DNA of 64,000 bases from Escherichia coli (lineage in GTDB: Bacteria > Pseudomonadota > Gammaproteobacteria > Enterobacterales > Enterobacteriaceae): the NCBI RefSeq assembly GCF_017348835.2, contig NZ_CP071375.1; one strand, given 5' to 3'. Position 1 is the stretch's first letter; every line of letters starts with the position of its first letter. A program made the translations under genes and the position numbers. This document shows positions 13,839-24,824 of the stretch, in pieces. The notes beneath the pieces are model-generated. The model worked only from the letters and a program-made list of their open reading frames with translations. It was not told the DNA's origin and did no database searches.

Positions 13839-15383
13839 ATGGCTGACTCGCAACCCCTGTCCGGTGCCCCGGAAGGTGCTGAATATTTAAGAGCGGTGCT
13901 GCGCGCGCCGGTCTACGAAGCGGCGCAGGTCACGCCGCTACAAAAAATGGAAAAGCTCTCGTCTCGTCTTGATAACGTGATTCTGGTGAAACGCGAAGAT
14001 CGCCAGCCAGTGCACAGCTTTAAGCTGCGCGGCGCATACGCCATGATGGCGGGCCTGACGGAAGAACAAAAAGCGCACGGCGTGATCACCGCCTCGGCGG
14101 GTAACCACGCGCAGGGCGTCGCGTTTTCTTCTGCGCGGTTAGGCGTGAAGGCCCTGATCGTTATGCCAACCGCCACCGCCGACATCAAAGTTGATGCGGT
14201 ACGCGGCTTCGGCGGCGAAGTGCTGCTCCACGGCGCGAACTTTGATGAAGCGAAAGCCAAAGCGATCGAACTGTCACAGCAGCAGGGGTTCACCTGGGTG
14301 CCGCCGTTCGACCATCCGATGGTGATTGCCGGGCAAGGCACGCTGGCGCTGGAACTGCTCCAGCAGGACGCCCATCTCGACCGCGTATTTGTGCCAGTCG
14401 GCGGCGGCGGTCTGGCTGCTGGCGTGGCGGTGCTGATCAAACAACTGATGCCGCAAATCAAAGTGATCGCCGTAGAAGCGGAAGACTCCGCCTGCCTGAA
14501 AGCAGCGCTGGATGCGGGTCATCCGGTTGATCTGCTGCGCGTGGGGCTGTTTGCTGAAGGCGTTGCGGTAAAACGCATCGGCGACGAAACCTTCCGTTTG
14601 TGCCAAGAGTATCTCGACGATATCATCACCGTCGATAGTGATGCGATCTGTGCGGCGATGAAGGATTTATTCGAAGATGTGCGTGCGGTGGCGGAACCCT
14701 CTGGCGCGCTGGCGCTGGCGGGAATGAAAAAATATATCGCTCAGCACAACATTCGCGGCGAACGGCTGGCGCATATTCTTTCCGGTGCTAACGTGAACTT
14801 TCACGGCCTGCGCTACGTCTCGGAACGTTGTGAGCTGGGTGAACAGCGTGAAGCGTTGCTGGCGGTAACCATCCCGGAAGAGAAGGGCAGCTTCCTGAAG
14901 TTCTGCCAGCTGCTTGGCGGGCGCTCGGTCACCGAGTTCAACTATCGCTTTGCCGATGCGAAAAACGCCTGCATTTTTGTTGGCGTGCGCTTAAGCCGCG
15001 GTCTCGAAGAGCGCAAAGAAATTTTGCAGATGCTCAACGATGGCGGCTACAGCGTGGTTGATCTCTCCGACGACGAAATGGCGAAGCTGCATGTGCGCTA
15101 TATGGTTGGCGGGCGTCCGTCGCATCCGTTGCAGGAACGCCTCTACAGTTTCGAATTCCCGGAATCGCCGGGCGCGCTGCTGCGCTTCCTCAACACTCTG
15201 GGTACGCACTGGAATATTTCTCTGTTCCATTATCGCAGTCACGGTACCGACTACGGGCGCGTACTGGCGGCGTTCGAGCTTGGCGACCATGAACCGGATT
15301 TCGAAACCCGGCTGAATGAACTGGGCTACGATTGCCACGACGAAACCAATAACCCGGCGTTCAGGTTCTTTTTGGCGGGTTAG
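13839..15383 (+). CDS. ilvA: Biosynthetic threonine deaminase
   Basis: 514 aa. PLP lysine motif HSFKLRGA and two C-terminal ACT-like regulatory repeats. Confidence 0.96.
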   Translation: MADSQPLSGAPEGAEYLRAVLRAPVYEAAQVTPLQKMEKLSSRLDNVILVKREDRQPVHSFKLRGAYAMMAGLTEEQKAHGVITASAGNHAQGVAFSSARLGVKALIVMPTATADIKVDAVRGFGGEVLLHGANFDEAKAKAIELSQQQGFTWVPPFDHPMVIAGQGTLALELLQQDAHLDRVFVPVGGGGLAAGVAVLIKQLMPQIKVIAVEAEDSACLKAALDAGHPVDLLRVGLFAEGVAVKRIGDETFRLCQEYLDDIITVDSDAICAAMKDLFEDVRAVAEPSGALALAGMKKYIAQHNIRGERLAHILSGANVNFHGLRYVSERCELGEQREALLAVTIPEEKGSFLKFCQLLGGRSVTEFNYRFADAKNACIFVGVRLSRGLEERKEILQMLNDGGYSVVDLSDDEMAKLHVRYMVGGRPSHPLQERLYSFEFPESPGALLRFLNTLGTHWNISLFHYRSHGTDYGRVLAAFELGDHEPDFETRLNELGYDCHDETNNPAFRFFLAG

Positions 15384-16270
15384 TGGTTCGGTAAAATCCT
15401 CCAGAACGCCTCAATCAGCGGCTCATGCAGCCGCTTTTTCTGCGCACACACGCCCAGTTCAAACGGCGTTTTCTCATCGCTGCGCTCTAAAATCATCACG
15501 CGGTTACGCACCGGTTCTGGGCTGTTTTCCAGCACCACTTCCGGCAACAATGCCACGCCACAGCCGAGCGCCACCATCGATACCATCGCTTCATGCCCGC
15601 CAACCGTGGCGTAAATCATCGGGTTGCTGATTTTATTGCGTCGAAACCACAACTCAATGCGGCGGCGTACTGGCCCCTGATCGGCCATGATAAACGGTAC
15701 CGTTGACCAGTCCGGCTTCTCTACCGAGACCTGATTACGCACCGGGCAGGGCAGCGCGGGCGCAATCAGCACTACCGCCAGATTCTCCAGCATCGAAAAC
15801 GCCACAGCGCCGGGTAGCGTCTCCGGTTTCCCGGCAATCGCCAGATCCGCTTCGCCAGTGACCACCTTTTCCATTGCATCTGCCGCATCACCAGTGGTGA
15901 GTTTAATCTCCACCGACGGGTGTTCCGCGCGGAAGCGATCCAGAATCGGCGGCAGATGGCTGTAGGCAGCAGTCACCGAGCAGAAGATATGTAATTCGCC
16001 AGAGAGCGACGGCCCTTGCTGATCGATGGTGTGGCGCAGCTGCTGATACTGCAACAGCGTTTGCTGGGCGAAAACGCGCAGCTCTTCGCCCGCTTCCGTC
16101 AGCGTTACCGTGCGGTTATCGCGCACAAATAGCGGCTGACCAAGATCTTCTTCCAGGCGCTGAATCTGCCGTGAGAGCGTGGATGGGCTAACGTGCATCG
16201 CCCGCGCGCTGCGGCCAAAATGGCGGCTTTCCGCCAGATGCAGGAAGGTTTTCAGATCGCGTAAATCCAA
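15380..16270 (-). CDS. ilvY: LysR-family activator of ilvC
   Basis: ORF 15380-16354. The probable TTG start gives (M)[39 protein letters not shown]. Its stop overlaps the ilvA stop region. Divergent from ilvC. Confidence 0.88.
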   Translation of the reverse strand: MDLRDLKTFLHLAESRHFGRSARAMHVSPSTLSRQIQRLEEDLGQPLFVRDNRTVTLTEAGEELRVFAQQTLLQYQQLRHTIDQQGPSLSGELHIFCSVTAAYSHLPPILDRFRAEHPSVEIKLTTGDAADAMEKVVTGEADLAIAGKPETLPGAVAFSMLENLAVVLIAPALPCPVRNQVSVEKPDWSTVPFIMADQGPVRRRIELWFRRNKISNPMIYATVGGHEAMVSMVALGCGVALLPEVVLENSPEPVRNRVMILERSDEKTPFELGVCAQKKRLHEPLIEAFWRILPNH

Positions 16271-16419
16271 TGGCGCAGCCCTCAATGTTGACGTTGCAGA
16301 AATTGCAATGTGACGTTGTGAATATATCAATTTCCGCAATAAATTTCCTGTCATATAGTGAATTCAATCTCGCAAACGCGAACCGAACAATAAGAAGCAC
16401 AACATCACGAGGAATCACC
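16271..16419. promoter_or_regulatory. Divergent ilvY/ilvC promoter-operator region
   Basis: 149 bp between the divergent ilvY and ilvC starts. Established IlvY operator location. Individual sites not resolved by eye. Confidence 0.55.
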
Positions 16420-17895
16420 ATGGCTAACTACTTCAATACACTGAATCTGCGCCAGCAGCTGGCACAGCTGGGCAAATGTCGCTTTATGGGGCGCGATGAA
16501 TTCGCCGATGGCGCGAGCTACCTTCAGGGTAAAAAAGTAGTCATCGTCGGCTGTGGCGCACAGGGTCTGAACCAGGGCCTGAACATGCGTGATTCTGGTC
16601 TCGATATCTCCTACGCTCTGCGTAAAGAAGCGATTGCCGAGAAGCGCGCGTCCTGGCGTAAAGCGACCGAAAATGGTTTTAAAGTGGGTACTTACGAAGA
16701 ACTGATCCCACAGGCGGATCTGGTGGTTAACCTGACGCCGGACAAGCAGCACTCTGATGTAGTGCGCACCGTACAGCCACTGATGAAAGACGGCGCGGCG
16801 CTGGGTTACTCGCACGGTTTCAACATCGTCGAAGTGGGCGAGCAGATCCGTAAAGATATCACCGTAGTCATGGTTGCGCCGAAATGCCCTGGCACCGAAG
16901 TGCGTGAAGAGTACAAACGTGGATTCGGCGTACCGACGCTGATTGCCGTTCACCCGGAAAACGATCCGAAAGGCGAAGGTATGGCGATCGCTAAAGCATG
17001 GGCGGCAGCAACCGGTGGTCACCGTGCGGGCGTGCTGGAATCGTCCTTCGTTGCGGAAGTGAAATCTGACCTGATGGGCGAGCAAACCATCCTGTGCGGT
17101 ATGTTGCAGGCTGGCTCTCTGCTGTGCTTCGACAAGCTGGTGGAAGAAGGCACCGATCCGGCATATGCGGAAAAACTGATTCAGTTCGGCTGGGAAACCA
17201 TCACCGAAGCGCTGAAACAGGGCGGCATCACCCTGATGATGGACCGTCTCTCTAACCCGGCGAAACTGCGTGCTTACGCGCTCTCTGAACAGCTGAAAGA
17301 GATTATGGCACCGCTGTTCCAGAAACATATGGACGACATCATCTCCGGCGAATTCTCCTCCGGCATGATGGCGGACTGGGCCAACGATGATAAGAAACTG
17401 CTGACCTGGCGTGAAGAGACCGGCAAAACCGCGTTTGAAACCGCGCCGCAGTATGAAGGCAAAATCGGCGAGCAGGAGTACTTCGATAAAGGCGTACTGA
17501 TGATCGCGATGGTGAAAGCGGGCGTTGAGCTGGCATTTGAAACCATGGTTGATTCCGGCATCATCGAAGAATCTGCTTACTATGAATCACTGCACGAACT
17601 GCCGCTGATTGCCAACACCATCGCCCGTAAGCGTCTGTACGAAATGAACGTGGTTATCTCTGATACCGCCGAGTACGGTAACTATCTGTTCTCTTACGCT
17701 TGTGTGCCGTTGCTGAAACCGTTTATGGCAGAGCTGCAACCGGGCGACCTGGGTAAAGCTATTCCGGAAGGCGCGGTAGATAACGCGCAACTGCGTGATG
17801 TGAACGAAGCGATTCGCAGCCATGCGATTGAGCAGGTAGGTAAGAAACTGCGCGGCTATATGACAGATATGAAACGCATTGCTGTTGCGGGTTAA
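16420..17895 (+). CDS. ilvC: Ketol-acid reductoisomerase
   Basis: The internal start [23 protein letters not shown] of ORF 16270-17895 gives 491 aa. Rossmann motif GCGAQG. Confidence 0.96.
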   Translation: MANYFNTLNLRQQLAQLGKCRFMGRDEFADGASYLQGKKVVIVGCGAQGLNQGLNMRDSGLDISYALRKEAIAEKRASWRKATENGFKVGTYEELIPQADLVVNLTPDKQHSDVVRTVQPLMKDGAALGYSHGFNIVEVGEQIRKDITVVMVAPKCPGTEVREEYKRGFGVPTLIAVHPENDPKGEGMAIAKAWAAATGGHRAGVLESSFVAEVKSDLMGEQTILCGMLQAGSLLCFDKLVEEGTDPAYAEKLIQFGWETITEALKQGGITLMMDRLSNPAKLRAYALSEQLKEIMAPLFQKHMDDIISGEFSSGMMADWANDDKKLLTWREETGKTAFETAPQYEGKIGEQEYFDKGVLMIAMVKAGVELAFETMVDSGIIEESAYYESLHELPLIANTIARKRLYEMNVVISDTAEYGNYLFSYACVPLLKPFMAELQPGDLGKAIPEGAVDNAQLRDVNEAIRSHAIEQVGKKLRGYMTDMKRIAVAG

Positions 17896-17911
17896 TAGCG
17901 ATTCAGAGTTC

Positions 17912-17936
17912 AAGGCCTTCTCCTGGAGAAGGCCTT
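17912..17936. terminator. Bidirectional terminator between the convergent ilvC and ppiC
   Basis: AAGGCCTTCTC-CTG-GAGAAGGCCTT perfect hairpin. Confidence 0.8.
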
Positions 17937-17940
17937 ACTG

Positions 17941-18246
<306 letters not shown>

Positions 18247-18319
18247 TCAGGCGGCGATTTTAGCATGATCCGCAGATGCTAACGTAATTGTCAGTCAGGG
18301 AGGGGCTGGTACATATATG

Positions 18320-18345
18320 GCAAAAGCCCGGAAAATCCGGGCTTC
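18320..18345 (-). terminator. Probable terminator downstream of yifN
   Basis: On the minus strand, GAAGCCCGGATTTTCCGGGCTTTTG: a hairpin plus a short T tract about 75 nt after the yifN stop. Confidence 0.55.
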
Positions 18346-18420
18346 GCAGGTCCCTCAAGGGGAGAAAACTTAGGGCCTCTATGGGCTACAAAGTCATTAT
18401 CAGGGATGGTGATTTTATTG

Positions 18421-18870
18421 TCAATTTATGAGCGATATGGCATTGATTGACTTGATGACCGCCCTCTGTATGTCTGCAACCAACTCATGTGGCAAACATT
18501 GATTAAGATATCCTCTGTAAGTTCTTGCTCTGTTTAATCTGTTTCGACTGACTTGTTGTACCAGGTCGGCTTTGGCCCAACGAATCTGCTGATCAAAGAA
18601 TTGCAGGTCATTGATAATATTACTGGCTATTTCAACATGCATTCCACGATTTAACTTGTCATGGTCGCGAGTGGTTGATAATGGAACGACGATACATGCG
18701 TTGCCATTAATTTTTCCGTTGAGCACGACAACTAACCTGTTTTTTATCATTTCAGGAGGAATGCGGCCATCGTAATACGTGGTGCTGAACGGTCCATTTT
18801 GGCTAACAGGATAGTTACCAAAGTTGCATTCCAGTATTTCACCAACCTTAGGGCTGAAATTAATCGCCAC
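18421..18870 (-). CDS. yifN: Intact PemK/MazF-like protein YifN, with no adjacent antitoxin gene
   Basis: ORF 18421-18912. A GTG at 18870 lies 7 nt after AAGGAGAGG and gives 149 aa (M)AINFSPKVGEILECNFG...NRLVVVLN...CIVVPLSTT. This is the MazF/PemK-like pattern G-E-I-x-x-x-F, [RK]-x-x-V-V-L, V-V-P-x-[ST]-T. Confidence 0.8.
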   Translation of the reverse strand: MAINFSPKVGEILECNFGNYPVSQNGPFSTTYYDGRIPPEMIKNRLVVVLNGKINGNACIVVPLSTTRDHDKLNRGMHVEIASNIINDLQFFDQQIRWAKADLVQQVSRNRLNRARTYRGYLNQCLPHELVADIQRAVIKSINAISLIN

Positions 18871-19024
18871 GAGTAAACCTCTCCTTAGTAAACTCTGAAA
18901 AAGTAATAACACAACGTTACGACCCGATATTTCCTAAGTCTAATGGATTCACGATGAACTCCGATTTCGGTTTTCTCTCTCTGATTTAAACATCCGCAGC
19001 CAACCGGTTAGCGGCTTACACGCG

Positions 19025-19053
19025 GTCACATTCAAATGCGATTCTGCTACAAT
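19025..19053 (+). promoter_or_regulatory. Candidate rep promoter
   Basis: GTCACA at 19025-19030 and an extended -10 TGCTACAAT ending at 19053, with a 17 nt spacer. About 35 nt upstream of the rep ATG. Confidence 0.45.
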
Positions 19054-19086
19054 CCTCCCCCCGTTCGAAGATTGAGCAATACACCT

Positions 19087-21108
19087 ATGCGTCTAAACCC
19101 CGGCCAACAACAAGCTGTCGAATTCGTTACCGGCCCCTGCCTGGTGCTGGCGGGCGCGGGTTCTGGTAAAACTCGTGTTATCACCAATAAAATCGCCCAT
19201 CTGATCCGCGGTTGCGGTTATCAGGCGCGGCACATTGCGGCGGTGACCTTTACTAATAAAGCAGCGCGCGAGATGAAAGAGCGTGTAGGGCAGACGCTGG
19301 GGCGCAAAGAGGCGCGTGGGCTGATGATCTCCACTTTCCATACGTTGGGGCTGGATATCATCAAACGCGAGTATGCGGCGCTTGGGATGAAAGCGAACTT
19401 CTCGTTGTTTGACGATACCGATCAGCTTGCTTTGCTTAAAGAGTTGACCGAGGGGCTGATTGAAGATGACAAAGTTCTCCTGCAACAACTGATTTCGACC
19501 ATCTCTAACTGGAAGAACGATCTCAAAACTCCGGCGCAGGCGGCGGCAGAGGCAAAGGGCGAGCGGGATCGTATTTTTGCCCATTGTTATGGGCTGTATG
19601 ATGCACACCTGAAAGCCTGTAACGTTCTCGACTTCGATGACCTGATTTTATTGCCGACGTTGCTGCTGCAACGCAATGAAGAAGTACGCGAACGCTGGCA
19701 GAACAAAATTCGCTACCTGCTGGTGGATGAGTATCAGGACACCAACACCAGCCAGTATGAACTGGTGAAACTGCTGGTGGGCAGCCGCGCGCGCTTTACC
19801 GTGGTGGGTGACGATGACCAGTCGATCTACTCCTGGCGCGGTGCACGTCCGCAAAACCTGGTGCTGCTGAGTCAGGATTTTCCGGCGCTGAAGGTGATTA
19901 AGCTTGAGCAGAACTATCGCTCTTCCGGGCGTATTCTGAAAGCGGCGAACATCCTGATCGCCAATAACCCGCACGTCTTTGAAAAGCGTCTGTTCTCCGA
20001 ACTGGGTTATGGCGCGGAGCTAAAAGTATTAAGCGCGAATAACGAAGAACATGAGGCTGAGCGCGTTACTGGCGAGCTGATCGCCCATCACTTCGTCAAT
20101 AAAACGCAGTACAAAGATTACGCCATTCTTTATCGCGGTAACCATCAGTCGCGGGTGTTTGAAAAATTCCTGATGCAAAACCGCATCCCGTACAAAATAT
20201 CTGGTGGTACGTCGTTTTTCTCTCGTCCTGAAATCAAGGACTTGCTGGCTTATCTGCGCGTGCTGACTAACCCGGACGATGACAGCGCATTTCTGCGTAT
20301 CGTTAACACGCCGAAGCGAGAGATTGGCCCGGCTACGCTGAAAAAGCTGGGTGAGTGGGCGATGACGCGCAATAAAAGCATGTTTACCGCCAGCTTTGAT
20401 ATGGGCCTGAGTCAGACGCTTAGCGGACGTGGTTATGAAGCATTGACCCGCTTCACTCACTGGTTGGCAGAAATCCAGCGCCTGGCGGAGCGGGAGCCGA
20501 TTGCTGCGGTGCGTGATCTGATCCATGGCATGGATTATGAATCCTGGCTGTACGAAACATCGCCCAGCCCGAAAGCCGCCGAAATGCGCATGAAGAACGT
20601 CAACCAACTGTTTAGCTGGATGACGGAGATGCTGGAAGGCAGCGAACTGGATGAGCCGATGACGCTCACCCAGGTGGTGACGCGCTTTACTTTGCGCGAC
20701 ATGATGGAGCGTGGTGAGAGTGAAGAAGAGCTGGATCAGGTGCAACTGATGACTCTCCACGCGTCGAAAGGGCTGGAGTTTCCTTATGTCTACATGGTCG
20801 GTATGGAAGAAGGGTTTTTGCCGCACCAGAGCAGCATCGATGAAGATAATATCGATGAGGAGCGGCGGCTGGCCTATGTCGGCATTACCCGCGCCCAGAA
20901 GGAATTGACCTTTACGCTGTGTAAAGAACGCCGTCAGTACGGCGAACTGGTGCGCCCGGAGCCGAGCCGCTTTTTGCTGGAGCTGCCGCAGGATGATCTG
21001 ATTTGGGAACAGGAGCGCAAAGTGGTCAGCGCCGAAGAACGGATGCAGAAAGGGCAAAGCCATCTGGCGAATCTGAAAGCGATGATGGCGGCAAAACGAG
21101 GAAAATAA
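19087..21108 (+). CDS. rep: Rep ATP-dependent DNA helicase (SF1)
   Basis: The internal start [31 protein letters not shown] gives 673 aa. Motifs [13 protein letters not shown] and YRS. Confidence 0.96.
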   Translation: MRLNPGQQQAVEFVTGPCLVLAGAGSGKTRVITNKIAHLIRGCGYQARHIAAVTFTNKAAREMKERVGQTLGRKEARGLMISTFHTLGLDIIKREYAALGMKANFSLFDDTDQLALLKELTEGLIEDDKVLLQQLISTISNWKNDLKTPAQAAAEAKGERDRIFAHCYGLYDAHLKACNVLDFDDLILLPTLLLQRNEEVRERWQNKIRYLLVDEYQDTNTSQYELVKLLVGSRARFTVVGDDDQSIYSWRGARPQNLVLLSQDFPALKVIKLEQNYRSSGRILKAANILIANNPHVFEKRLFSELGYGAELKVLSANNEEHEAERVTGELIAHHFVNKTQYKDYAILYRGNHQSRVFEKFLMQNRIPYKISGGTSFFSRPEIKDLLAYLRVLTNPDDDSAFLRIVNTPKREIGPATLKKLGEWAMTRNKSMFTASFDMGLSQTLSGRGYEALTRFTHWLAEIQRLAEREPIAAVRDLIHGMDYESWLYETSPSPKAAEMRMKNVNQLFSWMTEMLEGSELDEPMTLTQVVTRFTLRDMMERGESEEELDQVQLMTLHASKGLEFPYVYMVGMEEGFLPHQSSIDEDNIDEERRLAYVGITRAQKELTFTLCKERRQYGELVRPEPSRFLLELPQDDLIWEQERKVVSAEERMQKGQSHLANLKAMMAAKRGK

Positions 21109-21112
21109 TCAA

Positions 21113-21146
21113 GGCCGGAAAAGATGCGTCAGCATCGCATCCGGCA
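21113..21146. repeat. REP (repetitive extragenic palindrome) element
   Basis: GGCCGGAAAAGATGCGTCAGCATCGCATCCGGC between the convergent rep and gppA. The same GATGCGTCAGCATCGCATCCGGC unit recurs at 42718-42740. Confidence 0.8.
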
Positions 21147-21154
21147 CTTACTCA

Positions 21155-22639
21155 TTAATGCACTTCCAGCGGCCAGTGGACATAGCTCTGCCACTGGCTT
21201 TCCTGAGCAATAATCTCTTTACCCAGCGGATGTTGGGTTAGCCAACCGTGCGGAAGCGTCAAGGTCAACAGTTCATGGTTAGCCTGTAATGTCATCTCTG
21301 GCACGAGATCGTCACGGCGACGGCTGGCAAAAATGATAGCCAGGCGGAGTAAACGGCAGAGTTGTTCTGCGACGCGCGGCGGTACGGCATTTTGCTGATG
21401 CAGCGATGAGAGATCGACCGGATTAGTCTGGTTGAGCAGTAGCGTCGCCAGCAATTTTTTCTGTGCGGGGGTAAAACCGGGAAGATCCAGATTACGCACC
21501 AGATAAGCAGCGTGTTGCGGCGCTTGTTTGAAGTCAACGCTCAGGCCGATTTCATGAAGCTGACAGGCGCTGATGAGCAAATCGCGGCTTATTGCTTCAA
21601 GATGCCATTCGTTTTCCACCTGATCGAAGAAGTTAGCCGCAACTTTGGCTACGCGCTGTGCCTGATCAATATCGATCATAAAGCGGCGTTGAATATTACG
21701 CAGCGTACGGCTGCGAATATCCTGCTCGACGGCCAGATGCAACATGCCGTAGACCAGGCCTTCACGCAGCGCACCGCCCGCCAGGGTCATACACTGAATA
21801 TTCAGTTCGGTAAAAATGGCGATCAGGATCGCCAGACCACTCGGGAACACTAACGCACGTTCCAGCGTCAGCCCGTCAATCTCTAGCTCTTCCAGCCGAC
21901 CGCAATGAATGGCGCGTTGTTTCAGTTGCTGCAACTTTTCCAGGGTAATGCGTTCATCCATCCCCTGTGCCATCATGATTTCCTGTAGCGCCTGCACGGT
22001 GCCGGAAGCGCCAACGCACACTTTCCAGCCGTGATACCGTAATTCATCGGCAACCGGACGTAACACTTCGCGTGCCGCTTTTTCTGCAGCATCAAAATTT
22101 TCCTGCCCCAGATTACGATCGGCAAAATAGCGTTCCAGCCAGGTGACGCAGCCCATCGACAGGCTAAACAACGAGGTGGTTTGTGCACCCGTGCCGGTTA
22201 CCAGTTCAGTACTGGCTCCGCCTATATCCACCACCAGGCGCTGATCGGCACCACCAGTGGTGTGAGCAACGCCCTGATAAATCAGACGTGCTTCCTCTTC
22301 ACCGCTGATCACCTGTACCGGACAACCGAGAATTTCCTGCGCTTTGGCAATAAAATCACCCGCATTGACGGCAAGGCGTAACGTCGCCGTAGCGACAACG
22401 CGAATTTGCGAGGGAGGAATATCTTGCAGACGTTCAGCAAACAGGCGCAAACATTGCCAACCGCGCTCCATTGCTTCATTGGAGAGGGCATTTTCGCTAT
22501 TCAGGCCAGCAGCCAGACGCACTTTGCGTTTTATTCGCGTCAGCGTCTGGATGCTTCCAGCCACCTCGCGCACAACCAGCATATGAAAACTATTCGAACC
22601 GAGATCAATGGCTGCATACAGCGACGAGGTGGAACCCAT
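21155..22639 (-). CDS. gppA: Guanosine pentaphosphate phosphohydrolase / exopolyphosphatase
   Basis: The internal start [22 protein letters not shown] gives 494 aa. Ppx/GppA family. Confidence 0.95.
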   Translation of the reverse strand: MGSTSSLYAAIDLGSNSFHMLVVREVAGSIQTLTRIKRKVRLAAGLNSENALSNEAMERGWQCLRLFAERLQDIPPSQIRVVATATLRLAVNAGDFIAKAQEILGCPVQVISGEEEARLIYQGVAHTTGGADQRLVVDIGGASTELVTGTGAQTTSLFSLSMGCVTWLERYFADRNLGQENFDAAEKAAREVLRPVADELRYHGWKVCVGASGTVQALQEIMMAQGMDERITLEKLQQLKQRAIHCGRLEELEIDGLTLERALVFPSGLAILIAIFTELNIQCMTLAGGALREGLVYGMLHLAVEQDIRSRTLRNIQRRFMIDIDQAQRVAKVAANFFDQVENEWHLEAISRDLLISACQLHEIGLSVDFKQAPQHAAYLVRNLDLPGFTPAQKKLLATLLLNQTNPVDLSSLHQQNAVPPRVAEQLCRLLRLAIIFASRRRDDLVPEMTLQANHELLTLTLPHGWLTQHPLGKEIIAQESQWQSYVHWPLEVH

Positions 22640-22684
22640 ACTCTTCATCCTTCAATCTGTCTCTGTGTTGGCTGCATTCTTTCA

Positions 22685-22716
22685 CCTGAATCACTTACTA
22701 CAGTAAGTGATTCAGG
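22685..22716. repeat. 32 bp near-perfect palindrome in the rhlB-gppA intergenic region
   Basis: CCTGAATCACTTACT-AC-AGTAAGTGATTCAGG, with 15 bp arms. Confidence 0.85.
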
Positions 22717-22772
22717 ATTCATTCTCTTGCCATCTTGATACAGTTTGAATGATTTTGAGTATGACATTTTAT

Positions 22773-24038
22773 TTAACCTGAACGACGACGATTACGCGGA
22801 GCGCCAGTACGACGCGGACCATTGCCTGTACGCGGGCGCGTGAGGCGCAGCGGTTTTGGCAGATCGGTCATCAATGCGTCCGGATTGTATTTGCTTACCG
22901 GAATTGAGTGACCAATATAGGTCTCAATAGCAGGCAAATTCAATGCATACTCTTCACACGCTAGGCTAATAGAGTGACCGCTTGCGCCTGCGCGACCTGT
23001 ACGACCAATACGGTGAACGTAATCTTCACAGTCATCGGGTAAATCGTAGTTAAAGACGTGCGTCACTGCCGGAATATGCAAACCACGCGCGGCAACGTCG
23101 GTGGCAACCAGAATATCCAGATCGCCACGGGTAAATTCATCAAGAATACGCAGACGTTTTTTCTGCGCGACATCGCCTGTCAACAAACCGACACGATGAC
23201 CATCTGCCGCCAGGTGGCCCCAGATCTCTTCACAACGGTGTTTGGTATTGGCGAAAATAATCGCTCTGTCTGGCCACTCTTCTTCGATCAGCGTTTGCAG
23301 CAAACGCATTTTTTCTTCGTTAGAAGGGTAGAAAAGTTCTTCTTTAATACGGTGGCCCGTTTTCTGTTCCGGTTCCACTTCAATATATTCGGCATTGTTC
23401 ATCTGCTCGAACGCCAGTTCACGTACCCGGTACGAAAGCGTGGCGGAGAACAGCATGTTGAGGCGCTGGTTTGCAGGCGGCATACGGCGGAACAGCCAGC
23501 GGATATCTTTAATAAAGCCTAGATCGTACATGCGATCGGCTTCGTCCAGTACCACTACCTGAATGGCACCGAGGTTAATGTGGTTCTGCTTGGCGTAGTC
23601 AATTAAACGACCCGTGGTGCCAATCAGAATGTCAACGCCGCTTTCCAGCACTTTCAGCTGTTTGTCGTAGCCATCACCACCGTAAGCCAGACCCAGCTTC
23701 AGGCCGGTAGCTTCCGCCAGCGGTTCTGCGTCGGCATGGATCTGCACGGCAAGTTCACGCGTCGGTGCCATAATTAAGGCACGCGGTTGATTCACCTTGC
23801 GATCGGCAATCGCAGGATGAGAGAGAAGATAATGAAACGTTGACGTAAGAAACGCCATCGTTTTCCCGGTACCGGTTTGCGCCTGCCCGGCTACGTCACG
23901 ACCCGCCAGCGTCAGCGGAAGGGCCAGTGCCTGAATGGGCGTACAGTTATGAAACCCTTTTTTTTCAAGGGCTTCTACAACCTTCGGATGCAGGGCGAAG
24001 TCGGAAAACTTCTGTTCTGTTAAATGTGTTTTGCTCAT
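22773..24038 (-). CDS. rhlB: DEAD-box RNA helicase RhlB (degradosome component)
   Basis: 421 aa. Motifs [15 protein letters not shown] and HRIGRTGR, with an Arg-rich C-terminal tail. Confidence 0.96.
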
Positions 24039-24168
24039 AGTGTGGTAGAATATCAGCTTACTATTGCTTTACGAAAGCGTATCCGGTGAAATAAAGTCAA
24101 CCTTTAGTTGGTTAATGTTACACCAACAACGAAACCAACACGCCAGGCTTATTCCTGTGGAGTTATAT

Positions 24169-24498
24169 ATGAGCGATAAAATTATTCACCTGACTGACGA
24201 CAGTTTTGACACGGATGTACTCAAAGCGGACGGGGCGATCCTCGTCGATTTCTGGGCAGAGTGGTGCGGTCCGTGCAAAATGATCGCCCCGATTCTGGAT
24301 GAAATCGCTGACGAATATCAGGGCAAACTGACCGTTGCAAAACTGAACATCGATCAAAACCCTGGCACTGCGCCGAAATATGGCATCCGTGGTATCCCGA
24401 CTCTGCTGCTGTTTAAAAACGGTGAAGTGGCGGCAACCAAAGTGGGCGCACTGTCTAAAGGTCAGTTGAAAGAGTTCCTCGACGCTAACCTGGCGTAA
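24169..24498 (+). CDS. trxA: Thioredoxin 1
   Basis: The internal start [20 protein letters not shown] gives 109 aa. WCGPC active site. Confidence 0.97.
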
Positions 24499-24567
24499 GG
24501 GAATTTCATGTTCGGGTGCCCCGTCGCTAAAAACTGGACGCCCGGCGTGAGTCATGCTAACTTAGTG

Positions 24568-24596
24568 TTGACTTCGTATTAAACATACCTTATTAA
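24568..24596 (+). promoter_or_regulatory. rho promoter
   Basis: TTGACT at 24568-24573 and TATTAA at 24591-24596 with a 17 nt spacer, upstream of rhoL. Confidence 0.6.
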
Positions 24597-24638
24597 GTTT
24601 GAATCTTGTAATTTCCAACGCTTCCCGTTTTATCTTAA

Positions 24639-24740
24639 ATGCGAAGTGAACAGATTTCTGGCTCGTCACTCAATCCGTCTTGTCGTTTCAGTTCTGCGTA
24701 CTCTCCTGTGACCAGGCAGCGAAAAGACATGAGTCGATGA
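24639..24740 (+). CDS. rhoL: rho leader peptide
   Basis: 33 aa MRSEQISGSSLNPSCRFSSAYSPVTRQRKDMSR in the long rho leader. Confidence 0.7.
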   Translation: MRSEQISGSSLNPSCRFSSAYSPVTRQRKDMSR

Positions 24741-24824
24741 CCGTAAACAGGCATGGATGATCCTGCCATACCATTCACAACATTAAGTTCGAGATTTACC
24801 CCAAGTTTAAGAACTCACACCACT

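Noticed and set aside
16405-17328. A 307 aa ORF antisense to ilvC. Similar long antisense ORFs lie opposite rep (20029-21063), wecC (30151-30891), wecE (33701-34339), aslB (41747-42304), yigB/uvrD (56067-56729) and the uvrD 3' end (58098-58619).
   Set aside because: These are classic shadow ORFs on the strand opposite highly expressed, codon-biased genes. Their compositions are odd (rich in R, H, Q and F), they lack an SD, and each fully overlaps a confidently identified gene.
24753-24824. N-terminal extensions offered by the ORF track for rho. The same applies to rep, uvrD, ilvC, ilvE, trxA, comM, gppA, hemC, aslB, corA, wecB and yigG.
   Set aside because: In each case an internal start gives the known protein N-terminus and length. 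The extensions run through promoters, leaders or upstream genes.
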